A stretch of 64,000 nucleotides of DNA from Torpedo marmorata (taxonomy: Eukaryota), in assembly GCA_977017645.1 (NCBI GenBank), contig OZ360250.1:32922001-32986000 (forward strand), written 5' to 3'. Below, in pieces: positions 23,208 to 36,698 of the stretch (positions are counted from its first letter, which is position 1; each line of letters opens with the position of its first letter). The notes beneath the pieces are model-generated. The model saw only the letters and a list, made by a program, of their open reading frames with translations. It did not search any database and was not told where the DNA came from. The position numbers were made by a program, and so were the translations under genes.

Positions 23208-23469
23208 TACTGAGATTTATGGTGGAACTTGGAACAGGGCCTCATTTTCCTTAATGTATTTGAGAAGTTGCAAAAAATATGACACAGCTTGCAGATTTCT
23301 ACTCAGTGGCAGTCAACAGAGAGTGCCTCACCAAAGAATGCTGATCTACCAGGAGATTCATTAAAGATTAAAATAAAAGATTAAAGCATAAATGAAAGAT
23401 AATAACCCAGAGTTAAACTGGCATCAAGATGAGAATTAAGTTGAAAAGTGAGGTTTGCGTGTTGAAATC

Positions 23470-23755
23470 TAGTTATCACAAAGGGTCCCAACTCGAAACA
23501 TTGACTGACCATTTCTACCCACAGATGCTTTTTTTCCTTGAAGAAGGGCTCAGGCCTGACACGTCGGCAATATATCTTTGTCTCCTATAGATGCTGAATA
23601 GACCGGCTGAGTTCCTCCAGCATTTCGGTGTGTTTACTACAATCACAGCGCCTGCAGCCTATCGTGTTTCACACAGGTGCTGTCTGACCTGCTGAGTTCC
23701 TCCAGCTTCTCATTGTTGCTCAAGATTCCTTTGTCCGCAGTTTTTGGATTTCTCT
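23470..23755 (+). mobile_element. Penelope pLTR nested in an older pLTR
   Basis: CCTTGAAGAAGGGCTCAGGCC motif; CACAG(A/G)TGCT duplication. Confidence 0.65.
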
Positions 23756-24514
23756 GAAATTATCCTGCCTGCATTTTGTCTGTCTGTGTGTGTTCACCAC
23801 CATCCAACACAAATGTGGCTTTCTGTAACAGTTTTAAGATATATGTCGCATTCTACCCGACTGATTCAAGTATTTGTAAAGCAGACTTAAATTGAAACTG
23901 AGCAATGACTTTCAGGAACAGAGCAGAATTCCTGATGCTATCTGTTAGTCTCTTTAGATTGCTGGCGTCTGAAATTAGATGCCAAATGAAGAATATTGCC
24001 TTGGGCTCCAGCAACCATCGTTATTTATTTATTGAAACCATTTCCATGCAGATGACCATTGAATATATTGGGAGAATTCAGGCAATCAAATGCATCAGCA
24101 AAAATACTCAGGTCTTCAGAAGCCATCATTCACACTTCAGGACGACTAGAATGGTTTGGTTTAACACAATGGCCAACATACTGGTACTCTGGAAATGGGA
24201 ATAACATTCAGGCCATTAGGCTTGCTATTCGCTGGAATATTTTTAATGCCTTTAGCCTGAAAAGACCAGCTTTTAATCACTGATGTGATTGTCCGTGAGT
24301 AGATTTGGACCAAAGTGATGTAATAATAGTTTACACAAAAATGTTGGTGAAACTCACCAAGTCTGCAAAATTCTTTGTAGCAAAGATAAAGATACGTAAC
24401 CAACGTTTCAGGTCTGAGCCCAAGATATGAGCTAAAAGCAGGAAGGGGCCTGAATAAAATGCTCCTCACCTTGCCACTCCTCCCCCCACCTCCACTATTT
24501 TATTAAAAGTGCCT

Positions 24515-25017
24515 GTAAAAAACACAAATGCTGGAGAAGCTCAGCAGGTCAAACAGTGTCTTTTATGTAGCAAAGGTAGAAATACATAACCGACGTTTCG
24601 GGCTTGAGCCCTTCATCAAAGTATGAGAAAATGCCGGCAGGCGTCCGAACAAAAGAGTGAGGGGGGGAAGGGGGGGAGATGATAGGTGGAGAAAGGAGGG
24701 AGGGGACAGCAGCAAAGAGGGGGAGGAGGGATGGCTGGGTGGATGGAAAAAAACTGGAAGGACAGGTGAGGGGGGAGGGGAAGGAAAAGGCAAGCAAGTT
24801 TAGTGGAAAGCAGAAAAGTCAATGTTAATGCCATCTGGCTGGAGAGTGCCGAGACGGAAAATGAGATGTTGTTCCTCCAATTTGCGGGTAGTCTGGGTGC
24901 GATAGTACATCAGGCCATGGACAGACATGTGAGTGTGGGAGTGTGACCCAGAATTGAAACGGCTGGCTACTGGGAGGTCGCTGTTGTTGCGGACGGAGAG
25001 GAGGTGCTCAGCGAAGG
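24515..25017 (-). mobile_element. Penelope 3' fragment (end of GIY-YIG plus pLTR)
   Basis: FAEHL...EEQHLIFRLGTLQPDGINIDF; near-identical to the 3687 copy. Confidence 0.88.
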
Positions 25018-25446
25018 CCAATATTCTGTCTGTTGATCTAAATTTGAGCTTCCTGTGGCCATCCATTTTAACTCCCCCAACCATTCCTACAGTAACATGT
25101 CGTCCTTGGCCTCATCCATTGTCGGAGCGCAGCCAAACTTAAACTTGAGCAACAACACTTCATAGTTCTCTTGAACAGCCTTAAACCTAATGGCATGAAC
25201 ATTGGTTTTCCTAATTTTAGGTGACCTCCCACCATCTTATTTCACTGTTTCCATCTCTTCTTTACCTACTCCTGTACTCATTTTTTCTCTCTCTCTCTCT
25301 CACTCTTTAACTTTTTCTCCCCCTCACTTCCTAATGGTTTTTCCCTCTACTTCTCTCTCCACCTCCCACATTTTCTGTCTTATACTCAATCACCAACCAG
25401 GCTCCTCCCCTATCTCTTTCCCCCTTTATATATGTTATTTCACTTA

Positions 25447-25782
25447 CCGTATATACGCGTGTAATAGTCGGTACCATGTAAAGGTCGATCCCCCCCCCTA
25501 TTTTTGCCCCCCAAATCTGGTATTTTCCATATATCATGTGTAAAAGTCGACCCCCCCCCCCCTATTTTTGGCCCCGGCCGCCCACCCATCTGAGCTCCCG
25601 ACGCCCTGACCGCGGACTCTCGCCTCGGTCCCGGCTACCCACCTGCCCATCCGAGCTCCCGACACCCCGAACGATGCAGGTACTTACCACAGTCAAAAGT
25701 AGAATGTGTGTAATAGTCGACCGCCTAAATTTTACCCTAAAAATTGGTCCACAAAATTCGACTATTACACGCGTATATACGG
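25447..25782. mobile_element. TcMar-type MITE
   Basis: Perfect TIR CCGTATATACGCGTGTAATAGTCG; TA on the left; relative at 54090. Confidence 0.82.
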
Positions 25783-25960
25783 TTTTCTATCTTCGCCTTG
25801 AAAGTTTGACTGACCATTTCTACCCATGAATACTGTCTGACCTGCTGAGTTCCTTCAGCAATTCTTTGTTTGCATGACAAAAGCAAAGTTTGATATCGAG
25901 TCTCCCAAGCTTCTTAGCTTTAATTCCAGTCTTGAAACAATAGTCCACATTCCGCTGGAG

Positions 25961-26399
25961 CAGGGTTGGTGCCAGAACGAGTGTTAGAGGGGGGCATTAG
26001 GGTAACCGGGGGGTCACAGTAAGACAGTCGTAAACTCGCTCGGCGGGGTGGGGGGGTTGCTGGTACCTACCTGATGGACGAATGAACGTTAACGTCCTCC
26101 GTCCCTCCGACGTAGTAGATGAAAGCGCTGCTTTTATTACGTGGAGTCACTAGCGTGCGTCAAGCTAGACGCTAGTGACGCTTGACGCACGCTAGTGATG
26201 CGGGCTGGGGCGAGGGCGGGTGGAGCGTCACTAGCGTGCGTCAAGCTAGATGCTAGTGACGCTTGACGCACGCTAGTGATGCGGGCGGGGGCGGGGGCGG
26301 GTCTGACCGCGAGCGATGGCTGCGAGTGTATGGGGGGGGCACAGCACCTCGCTTGGGGCGGAAATGCCCGCGAATGTCCCCCCCTTGGCGCCGACCCTG
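25961..26399. mobile_element. hAT MITE (palindrome-rich family)
   Basis: TIR CAGGGTTGGTGCCA / TGGCGCCGACCCTG; 8-bp TSD CGCTGGAG. Confidence 0.88.
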
Positions 26400-26424
26400 C
26401 GCTGGAGTAAAGTTTGGTGCTGAT

Positions 26425-27335
26425 GCGTGCTTAGCCCACTGCTCTACTCTCTCTACACCCATGACTGTGTGGCCAGGCACAATTCAAACGTCATCTACAA
26501 ATTTGCCGATGACACCACGGTTATCGGCAGAATCACTGAAGGCAATGAGGAAGCGTACAGGAGGGAGATAGATCAGCTTGTTGAGTGGTGTCACAACAAC
26601 AACCTTGCATTCAACGTTAGCAAAACTACGGAACTGATTGTGGACTTCAGGGAGGGGAAACCAGGAGAACACAAAGAAGTCCTCATCGAGGGGTCAGCAG
26701 TGGAAAGGGTAAAGAACTTCTCATTCCTGGGTGTGAACATCTCTGAAGATCTATCCTGAGGCCATCATGTCAATGCAATCATGAAGAAGGCACACCAGCG
26801 GCTATATTTCGTTAGAAGTTTGAGATTCGGTATGTCACCAAAGACTCATGCAAAATTCTACACGTGTACCGTGGAGAGCATTCTGACTGGTTGTATCACT
26901 GTCTAGTATGGAGGTGCCAATGCACAGGACAGGAAAAGGCTGAAGAGGATTGGAAACTCGGCCAGAGCCATCATGAGCATTAGTCTTCACTCCATTAAGG
27001 TCATCTTTAAGAGACTGTGGCTCAAGAAAGCAACATCTACCATCAAGGACCCTCACCACCCAGGACATGCCCTCTTCTCACTGCTAGCACCAGGAAGAAG
27101 GTACAGGAGCCTGAAGATGAACATTGAACATTACAAAAACAGCCTTTCCACATCACCATCAGATTTCTGAATGGACAATGAACCAGAGAATGCTACCTCA
27201 CTTTTTTCTCTTCTTTTACACTAATTATTTATTTTTAAATAGTGTATTTACGGAAATGTAATTTATAGCAATTTTGCATCTGTAATGCACAATACTGCTG
27301 CCACAAAACAACACATTTCGTATTCTAATTCTGAA
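26425..27335 (+). mobile_element. Rex1/Babar-like LINE, 5'-truncated and decayed
   Basis: LSPLLYSLYTHDC...KFADD...DPHHPGHALF. Confidence 0.88.
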
Positions 27336-27358
27336 TTGGAGGCCACTATTGTTTTTCA

Positions 27359-27790
27359 TGGTAGACATCCCTTTTCGTAGAATTTGTCGAGAAAAGTGAA
27401 GAGAGCCGCAGTCAGTGCTGTGCAGGTACCTCAGATCCTTGCGGGGGCCAAACTTGGAGGCCTGGAACCGGAACTGGAAGCCACGAGGCACAAGATGGCG
27501 GCGGAGGCAAGTAGCGAGGAAGGCAACGTGGCTGTGGTAGCGAGTCTGGGTGAGTACATGGTCGTAGAGCTTGAGAGCAGCAGGGATTACAGATGGGGAG
27601 CAGTGAAAGAGATTCCCACAGAACTCCCTTTGGAGAGCAAAGGAGAACTTCTTCAGAGCAGGCATCCAATTTTACCTTGATCATACTTTGATGAAGGGCT
27701 CAAGCCCGAAACGTTGGTTATGTATCTTTATCTTTGCTCTATAAAGTACACTGTTTGACCTGCTGGGTTTCTCCAGCATTGTGTTTTTAC
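27359..27790. mobile_element. Penelope insertion: antisense ORF N-terminus joined to a sense pLTR
   Basis: Minus ORF from 27665 with RYHSHVAFLATCLRRHLVPRGF (PLE N-terminal HxxFLxxC...PxG pattern); plus-strand pLTR 27681-27790; 11-bp TSD ATTGTTTTTCA. Confidence 0.72.
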
Positions 27791-28185
27791 ATTGTTTTTC
27801 AGATACATCTAAGAAAATATTTTTTTGAATATAAAATTTCTATTACTTTTGTGGGCTATGTGCATTGACATTAAAATGCCCTGGCACTCCTCATAACAGT
27901 TTATTAATCTGAATGTATACATTGCAGATGAATAACTGTTTAACTTGTGATCACCCAGAAGCTGACATAAACTTTATGGTTTGCCTGCCGGGGGGTTTGA
28001 AGATAAGAAAATCTGAGGTCTGTTAGCAGATGATTTGCAAGTGTTGACTTTTCCCAGCAGGTGTTAGATCTCTTCTCAATCTAGACCTGAAGTTATTACC
28101 CCTTTTTCTCCCTTCTATGGAAAAAAAATCTTTGTCTTTACTTTTCACCTGTTCTTTCGAAGCATAAGTTGCCCAAGGAGTCAAT

Positions 28186-28674
28186 AGGCCCTTTTATAGT
28201 GGGAAAAAAAGCGATTGTAAAGACAGAAAATTTCTGTCTTTAAATCGCTTCACTTACCTCCATAAAAGGTCCGATGGCGGATTGGCCAGTCGAACTCCCA
28301 TCCGCCTTGTGGGGTACACACAGAGGTGGAGTGAAATCGCTCCACCATCTCCATAAAAGGCTGCAAAGGGGAGGGCTGATGTTGCCGCGATGATGTCGTC
28401 AGCCCGCGACCCAAGTGCGATTTTTAAAGTGAAAACACACAATGCTGGAGAAACTCAGCAGGTCAATAGAGTAAAAACACACAATGCTGGACCCATCTGC
28501 GAACTCGGCGCTTTCACTTCTCCCCGTCTCCCTCAGCTCGGGAACCCGGCTCCCGATGCAGCTCAGCATAAAGGCAAAGCTGGATACGCCATATAGGTCG
28601 TCACCATAAAAGGTAAATTCACCTTTTTTTTACTTGAGCCGGCTTTATTGCAGTGTATAAGCATAAAAAGGGTT
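28186..28674. mobile_element. Harbinger-like MITE
   Basis: Ends AGGCCCTTTTAT / ATAAAAAGGGTT; AAT on both sides; homologous to 37821-38418. Confidence 0.7.
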
Positions 28675-29221
28675 AATGATTCTACTGCTGCAGTTTCAAT
28701 CTGCAATACAAATCCCTTTTTATAAAACCAAGCCATTTTGAAACAAAGTGCCAGATTTCCAAAACACATCTAAATACAGCAGGATAAATAGAATTTCTTT
28801 CCACTGTTCCCCATCACTATGTACTCTATCATTATCTTGAATCATTCTGGACATGGGCTAATTAATGAGATTAATTTTAATGCAGTTGAATACCGTAGTA
28901 AGTATGTGTGACGAGCTGCCAGGGGAAGTGGTAGAAGTGGATACATTTACAATGTTTAAAAGGCATTTAGACAGGTAGATGGATAGGAAAGATTTTGAGG
29001 GATAGGGCCAAACGCAGGCAAATAGGACTAGCTCGGTAAGCAACTGGCCTCTTTCGTGCTGTATAACTCTATAACATATACTGTGCCACTTACCTTTTAA
29101 GGTAAGTTCACAAGATGTGGGAGTCTGCATTTATTTCTGATCATCAGTTGACCCTTGAACTGAATGATTGGCAGAGCAGTTTTATCCAACAGAAAGCGTT
29201 AAAGTGTTGGAGGGTCTTGAG

Positions 29222-29519
29222 TCTCTTCTACATTGGAGAAACTGGGCGAAGACTAGGAGATCAGTTTGTTGAGCACCTTGGCTCTGTCTGCTACAATAGC
29301 GTGGATCTCCCAGTGGCCACCCATTTCAATTCCCCATCCCATTCCCTTGCTGACATGTCTGTCCATGGTCTCATGCACTGCCAGACTGAGACCACCCGCA
29401 AATTGGAGGAACAACACCCCATCTTCCGTCTTGGCACCTTTCAACCGGATAGCATTAACATCGACTTCTCTGGTTTCTGTTAAACGCCTCCTTCTTCTTC
29501 CCCCTATTGCCTTTCCCCC

Positions 29520-29556
<37 letters not shown>

Positions 29557-29945
29557 CTTTTCCCTCTGTCTTCTTTCACAGAGCCAAAATCAATTCTTAT
29601 CTCCTCTTATCATATCCAATTAACACCTTTTGTTGGTCTGGACTCCTCCCTCGGCCAGTCTTCAGTCTTTATTCTTACGCCTTCCTGTTCTTTGTTTATA
29701 CCTTGAAGAAGGGCTCAGGCCCGAAATGTGGGTAATATATCTTTGCCTCCTATGGACGCTGTGAGACCGGCTGAGTTCCTCCAGCATTTCTGTGTGTTTT
29801 CACTACAATCACAGCATCTGCAGACTTTCATGTTTCACCGGGCTCAGGCCCGAAACGTTGGTTATCTATCTTTACCTCCTATGGATGCTGCGAGATCTGC
29901 TGAGTTCCTCCAGCATTTTTGTGTTTTTACTACAATCACAGCGTC
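29222..29945 (+). mobile_element. Penelope 3' fragment with tandem pLTR duplication
   Basis: YIGETGRRLGD...LGTFQPDSINIDF; tail repeated at 29838-29945. Confidence 0.88.
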
Positions 29946-30689
29946 TCCTCTGGGTTAGTCTGGGTGAGGCCGATGCAATTTCGTTTCTGAGCCACGAATT
30001 TACATGTCATTCCACGATATGAGCTGACAGTTTAAGCTACCCTTTCTGTAATGTAAGAGGAAGCACTACATGCTGTCCTCCAGATGTTCAATGGGGACAT
30101 TTTTGGTGACTTCACCCGAGCTCTTCCAGGAAGAGTAATGACCAGCCTTGCAGCCAATTTCCACAGATCCCGGAAACAAGAATGAGATGCAAAATTAGTC
30201 TCGGTGCTTTCTCTGTGGTGTTAGTAGAGGGGGAGTATTAACTATGTCAGCTCCCACTCTCTTTGATGATGGTCTGGAATCTTTAACATACATTTGAGCA
30301 AACGGCTTGCTCTTCAAAGTTCAAAGTTCAGATTTATTGTCAGAGTACATACATAACATCACATACAACCTTGAGATTCTTTTTTTCCTGTGGGCCAGGC
30401 AGAATTACCATTTATTATTGGTAGTGCATAAAACTGTTCTCAAGAAAATACTGTACCTGGTTGAAGGTCACACACATAGTGCAAACAAGTGCCTGACACT
30501 GACCAGATCATTTCAGAGTCGGATTACTCCCAATAGAAGCATGACCTGAGCACACTTCTGCACAGTACTAGTTCATCGTCCAAATCTCCGACGTGCACAC
30601 GTCCGATTGCTTTAAGGTCCAAATACACACCACAATACCAAATCAGTTTTAAACCATGCACTAGGATTCCTTGGGCTTTCTTGACACAT

Positions 30690-31143
30690 TGTATCTAGAG
30701 TACAAGGAGAGATTGAGCAGATTAGGTCTTTATTCTTTGGAGCGTAGAAGGTTGAGAGGGGATTTGATAGAGGTATTTAAAATTATGAAGGGGATAGACA
30801 GAGTGGATGTGGATAGACTATTTCCATTAAGAACAGGAGAGATTGAAACAAGAGGACATGAGCTAAGAATTAAGGGGCAGAGGTTTAGAGGTAACATGAG
30901 GGGGAACTTCTTTACTCAGAGAGTGGTAGCGGTGTGGAATGAGCTTCCGGGAGAAGTAGTGGCGGCAGAGTCAATTTTATTATTTAAGAAAAAGTTGGAC
31001 AAGTATATGGATGAGAAGGAAGTGGAGGGTTATGGGCAGGGTGCAGGTAGGTGGGACTAGATAGGAATGTTTGGTTCGGTGCGGACTGGAAGGGCCTAAT
31101 GGCCTGTTTCCGTGCTGTAATTGTTATATGGTTATATGGTTAT
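30690..31143 (+). mobile_element. CR1 3' fragment
   Basis: YKERLSRLGLYSLERRRLRGDLIEVFKI...FFTQRVV; (TTATATGG) tail. Confidence 0.9.
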
Positions 31144-32001
31144 TGAATCACTTGCTCAAAAGCTGTTTAATTGCAATGGGAATATGGGTCCTCCCACTCA
31201 TGCTCCCTGATTGACTGGCTGGGAAGGGAGCTCTGTGTGTCAGCACACCTGCACAGAAGTGTCTCCCCTAATGCAGTTCAAATCAGAACCAGGCCATGCC
31301 CAGCAGCCATGGCTGCATTGCACCCACTGGTATCAGACCAATGCTGACAAAATAAATGCAACTTTGAATCCTAAGTTTCCTTTGCATTGTGAAGAGCACA
31401 CCTATGATCATTCCTGCTGCCTTATCCAGGCTGCGTTTCTCTTTGATTATAAGATCACTTCTAAGTATTGCCTTGCTCCACGAGGCTGTGCTTTATGTTA
31501 ATTGACTTGTCTGCCTATTTTATGCTCGCGTTATTTATGAGGATTTAGCAACGAAACCAGCTGCTGATTTTTTTTTTATGAGGGTCTGTTTCAATTAAGA
31601 GGAACTTAATCCCAGGAGAGTCATACATAGGAAAGAGTAATCGCTGCATCCTGGCAGGGAATTGATGGTGGGAGTACAATGTATGATGGGTCCAGTGGAA
31701 ATGGAACCAATAACAATTTATTTTTGTGAAAGTACAATTTTCTGTGAATACGTTAAGTGCAAATGACAGTAAAGTGTTTCACACGAGTAGCTTCCATTCG
31801 ACGCGCTTCCATTTTTGCACTTGGGGATGATTGGCTATAAAAGGGTCTCAGAAAGCAAGAATATTGAGTGGGGTATTAAAGGGTGCAGGGAGTGAAGCGA
31901 GAGGACAAATGATCTTGAAATATTGAAGGGCATTGGCTGTGAGTGGATTGAACTTTGAGATATTAACGTGTATGGGGAAGAATTTGTTTAGACTTGGCAG
32001 G

Positions 32002-32975
32002 ATTTTACTGCATATGGTGCTCCCGTTGTGGCAGGGTCAGCACCAGAACGGGTGTTAGAGGGGGGCATTAGGGTAACCGGGGAGGGGCACAGTCCGACAG
32101 ACGGACAGAAACCTCCATTCCCTCCAATGGTAGCAGCCGAAATCGTTGCTTTTATTGCGTCGAGAGTCACGCTTGACGCACGCCAGTGACGCGGTCGGGT
32201 GGAGAGTCACTAGCGTGCGTCAAGCTAAGACGTTAGTGATGCTTGACACACGCTAGTGACGCGGGCGGGGGCGGGTCTGACGGCAAGCGATGGGGGGGCA
32301 CAGCACCTTGCTTGGGGAGGGCAATGCCCGCGAATGCCCCCCCTTGGCGCCGAAGCTGCGTTGTGGCCTTCTCTACATCGGAGAGTCTGGACACACACTG
32401 GGAGATCACTTCGCTGAGCGACTTCACATCAATGACTGGGATCTCCCAGTGGCTAACCATTTCAATTCTGCGCCCCGCTCACGTACTCACATGTCTGTCC
32501 ATGGCCTCATGTACTATCCCACCAAGACCACCCATAAATTGTAGGAGCAACACCTAATATTCTGTCTGGGCACTCTCCAACCAGATGGCATTAACATTGA
32601 CTTCTCCAGTTTCTGCTAGACCACTCCCCATTCTTCCTCTCTTCCCCATCCCTCTGGTTCCTTTCCTTCAGCTCTCCACCCCCTTCCCTCTCCATTCACA
32701 GAGTCATTACCCTCCCCCTGTTTGCTGGTGTGCCCTCCCTCCCTTATCACCTATTACCTCCTGACTGTGGGACTGTGCTCCTCCCCCTGCCCCTCCCCCC
32801 CACCATTTTGTTCGGGCGCCTGCCTACATTTTGCTCATATCTTAATGAAGGGCTCAAGCCCGAAACGTTGGTTATGTACCTTTATCTTTATAAAATACGC
32901 TGTTTGATCTGCTGAGTTTCTCCAGCCTTTTGTTTTTACTTGAATATCGGCGTCTGCAGACTTTCGCATTTTACT
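32002..32975 (+). mobile_element. Penelope 3' fragment interrupted by a hAT MITE
   Basis: Flanks rejoin to FYCIWCSRCGLLYIGE; pLTR at the 3' end. Confidence 0.85.
32032..32358. mobile_element. hAT MITE (palindrome-rich family)
   Basis: 8-bp TSD CGTTGTGG; same family as 25961. Confidence 0.88.
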
Positions 32976-33311
32976 CCATGATTTTAATTAATTTGAGGAA
33001 GCCTATTTGGAGGGCTACGAGGAATGCAATATTGTAGATGGATATGGAAGAGCTTTGAATGACATTCTCATTATCTGCATTTAGAAAGTGGTTTAGAACT
33101 AAATAAAGAAAGGAGTAACCACATGCTCCTATTCGTTAGCATTTTAAAAGATCCAGTCTTACTCTGTGTGCAGGACATCATTTCAGCAAGGGGTGGTGAG
33201 GGGAGATGAGTTAGAGGCAATAGTGGGGGAGCAGAGGTTAACTACATTTGGTGTGGAAACCACTGGATTCATCATCCACCTGCTCATATCTGGTTACCCT
33301 TGTGGATAGTG

Positions 33312-33875
33312 GACGGGAAGATCACCCCCGTCTGAGAAGGAGAAGCGGAGGAGACGACCCACGGGACGGTGAGCGCAGCGGCGGACCGGTGAGGGGCTCT
33401 GAGGCTGAAGGACCAGTGCATGCGGCGGGCTGCTGGCGACTCGAGGCGAGGAACCCGCGGAGGCTGTGGGCTGCTGGAGAATGCTGTCGGGGGACTCACG
33501 ACGGGCTGCGGACTGCTGGAGGCTGGCTCGAACTGGCTGGAGGAGTACCAGGTATCGGAACCGGGATGTGGGGGGGTGCCGAGGGCGACCTGACCGTGTT
33601 GGAGGTTCGGATCTGGAGCTCGGGATGCCGATCGTTTGGACTGGACTTTGTGTGGCTGCGGAAGCGCTGGAGGCGAATCTATGGTCACTCGGTGACTTTG
33701 GGGGGACTCTCTTTTGCTTCTCTTTCTCTGACTGTAAGGAATGTTAGAGGCGCTTAGGCAATTTCTGCCGATGGCGAATCTGTCTGCCTTGCAGCAGGCA
33801 AAAATAAATTTTGTGGTATATGACACTGTCTTATTGCTGTGACAATAAATTGAATCTTGAATCTTGAATCTTGAT
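33312..33875 (+). mobile_element. GC-rich non-coding retroposon, 5'-truncated
   Basis: Ends in AATAAATTGAAT(CTTGAAT)n; near-identical to the 47070 and 62198 copies. Confidence 0.85.
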
Positions 33876-34093
33876 TGAATGGAGGTGCTCTTAACTTATT
33901 TCTCCAATGTAGAGAAGACCGTATTATGAGTTCCAAATGCAACTCATTAATTTGGAAGAGAAACAAATTAATTTCCACTTCACAAGGAAAGATTGGATCC
34001 CGATAGTGGCAAGGCAAGAGGTAGAAGGAGATGTGTTGCATTCCCTGTGCTTTGATGGAAAGTGCTGTGAGAAGGGGAGTGTTCGGTCTAGAT

Positions 34094-34469
34094 CAGTGGT
34101 TTTCAAACTGCCCCCCTAAACTTACATTCCACCTTAAGTAATCCCTATGCCATAAGTGCTCTGTGATTAGTAAGGGTTTGCTTAAGGAGGTATGTGAGTG
34201 GGAAGGGAAGGTTAAGAACCACTGCTCTAGACCCAATTGTTGCTGAAATATTTTGCTTGAGAAAAATTGTCATTGGCCCATTTCCTTTGGAGTTATGAAA
34301 CCGTGCACATAACGAGTTAATTAGGTACGATTAAAACAGTGGTTTTCAAACATTTTCTTTCCACTCACATACCACCTTAAGCAATCCCTTACTAATCACA
34401 GAGCACCTATAGCATAGGGATTACTTAAGGTGGAATGTAAGTTTAGGGGGGGAAGTTTGAAAACCACTG
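34094..34469. mobile_element. Composite hAT-Charlie-like MITE
   Basis: CAGTGGTTTTCAAAC TIRs; 8-bp TSD GTCTAGAT; two ~130-bp units around a ~113-bp spacer. Confidence 0.88.
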
Positions 34470-34604
34470 GTCTAGATGGACCTGGGTGTTGTGGACAATG
34501 TGTCTGATGGTGGAATTGCATTGAAGGTGTCGGAAATTATTTGGAATTTGTAATAAACCTCAGCAGGTTTTCAGACCCTTGCAATTGTTACTGTGCTTCT
34601 TCCC

Positions 34605-35218
34605 CGCTGCCATCGGATTCCTGAATGAACAATAAACCAAAGACTCTGCCTTACTTTGACTTTTCATGCACTATTTTTATTTATTTTTGTAAGGTGATTT
34701 ATATAAATGTTTGCACTGTGATGCTGCCGCAAAACAACGAATTTCGTGACTTGTTCATGACAATAAATTCTGATTCTGATTCTGATGTTACCAATGTTTC
34801 CAAAAGTACTTCATTATCTGGGACGTGTTTTGGGATGTTTTGATGAGTATGAGAGTGTGTTGTCATATACATAAGTACAGTGTACAGATTCACTGACATT
34901 CTTGCTTGTTCCAGCCATCCAGTTATGTAAGATTCACCAACAACAAAAGTATAAATTAAATTGCTACAATATCCATGAGATAGAGATAATAACTATAAAA
35001 GGATATACTGTATAAAAGGATCTTCCCCTCTGCCATTAGATTCCTGAATGAACAATGTACCAGACGCTGCCTTACTTTGTCTTTTTCTTTTTCTTGCACT
35101 ATTTTTATTTATTTTGTAAGATGGTTTATATAAATGTTCGCTCTGTGATGCTGCCGCAAAACAATGAATTTCGTGAATGTTCATGGCAATAAATTCTGGT
35201 TTTGATTCTGATTCTGAA
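34605..35218 (+). mobile_element. Two Rex1/Babar 3' tails (about 34605-34786 and 35018-35218)
   Basis: GATGCTGCCGCAAAACA...AATAAATTCTG repeats. Confidence 0.75.
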
Positions 35219-35376
35219 TAAATATTCACGTTCTGAACTCATTAAAAGTTTTACAAACAGGCAGATAATACTTTTTTTCCTCACAGTTCAATGTAATGTT
35301 CTGAGTTTACCTCTTCAGCACATTTATTGCCATATAAATACCCAAGATAGGGCGTTTATATGACAATATTAATGAG

Positions 35377-35625
35377 GCATGGTTAGCGTAGCGGTTAGCA
35401 GCAAACTGTTACAATGCCAGCGATCGGGACCGGGGTTCGAATTCCGCGCTGTCTGTAAGAAGTTTGTATGTTCTCCCCATGTCTGCGTAGGTTTTCCTTC
35501 GGGGCTCCAGTTTCCTCCCACCGTTCGAAACATACCGGGGGTTGTAGGTTAATTGGGTGTAATTGGGCGGCTCGGGCTCGTGGGCCGAAATGGCCTGTTA
35601 CCGTGCTGTATGCCTAAAATTAAAA
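35377..35625 (+). mobile_element. V-SINE-like element
   Basis: A/B boxes and family core. Confidence 0.87.
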
Positions 35626-36168
35626 ATGTTTAAAAAGAGGTTAGAGTATAGATTCCTCCAGGTACTGAATGATGCTGCATTACAATGGTTAGTCCACTGA
35701 AATATGGGATCCAAAGGAGCATCATCAAAAATAATTTTCATTCTCATTTTGCCTTTTTGTTGAATTCTAACTTCAATAGTTAGATTTGCTTTAATCTCAC
35801 TGAGCTGCACTTCGAATGGTGGGACTCAGACTGTTGGTGGTCAGCAACAAAAACTTCTCCCATTGATTTTCTTAATTGCTGTTGGACTTCCTTTTGAATA
35901 TCCTGTGACTGACAACACTCAAATAAATCATGAGGCACACGACGGAAACTAATTGGAAGAAGATGACATCATCATTTCAAACCCTGCGTTTTAGGGCAAC
36001 CAGAATTCTTCTTCAAAACCAATAGCCTTTGTCTTGTTTGCGGTCAGTTCCAATTACATAAATTCTCTCCAGAAAGATAATGTCTTGCAACCCACCCTAA
36101 GATGCTTTCCTGTTCATGATTGACCCTTTGCAAATTTGGTGGGTGAAGTTTCAAATGGTACAAACAAA

Positions 36169-36169
<1 letters not shown>

Positions 36170-36227
<58 letters not shown>
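36170..36227. repeat. (GA)n microsatellite
   Basis: Seen directly. Confidence 0.95.
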
Positions 36228-36231
<4 letters not shown>

Positions 36232-36698
36232 CGTGATTAAAATGGAAGAAATGCTGGAAACATGCAGGAGATCTGTCAGTATCTGCAAAGAGATAAGGCT
36301 GCTTAATATTTCAGGAAGCTCTTTGCTAGAACTCCTTTTTCTCTAATGGAGGGATTATATCCAAAACATTAATCTACACTTTTCACTTTACAGATGCTCA
36401 TGGCTCCCAAAAATCTTCCTGCATTTTCTATTTTGTACATCAATCATTAAAACATAGACTAGTTGTTCAAAGGAGTGCAATGTTTAAGTTGTCAATAATT
36501 GTCATATTATCTGAATACAGATATGATATTGATGAGTTTATTGTCATACACATAAGTACAATGAACATATACACCAGGATTCTTACTTGCTGCAGCCAAA
36601 CAGGTACTTTAGTGAAAAAAAATCAACTCCAATAGTACAGTATACATTAAATTACCCCAATGTGGAAAGAGATGATAAATATAAAAGATAGATAGATA

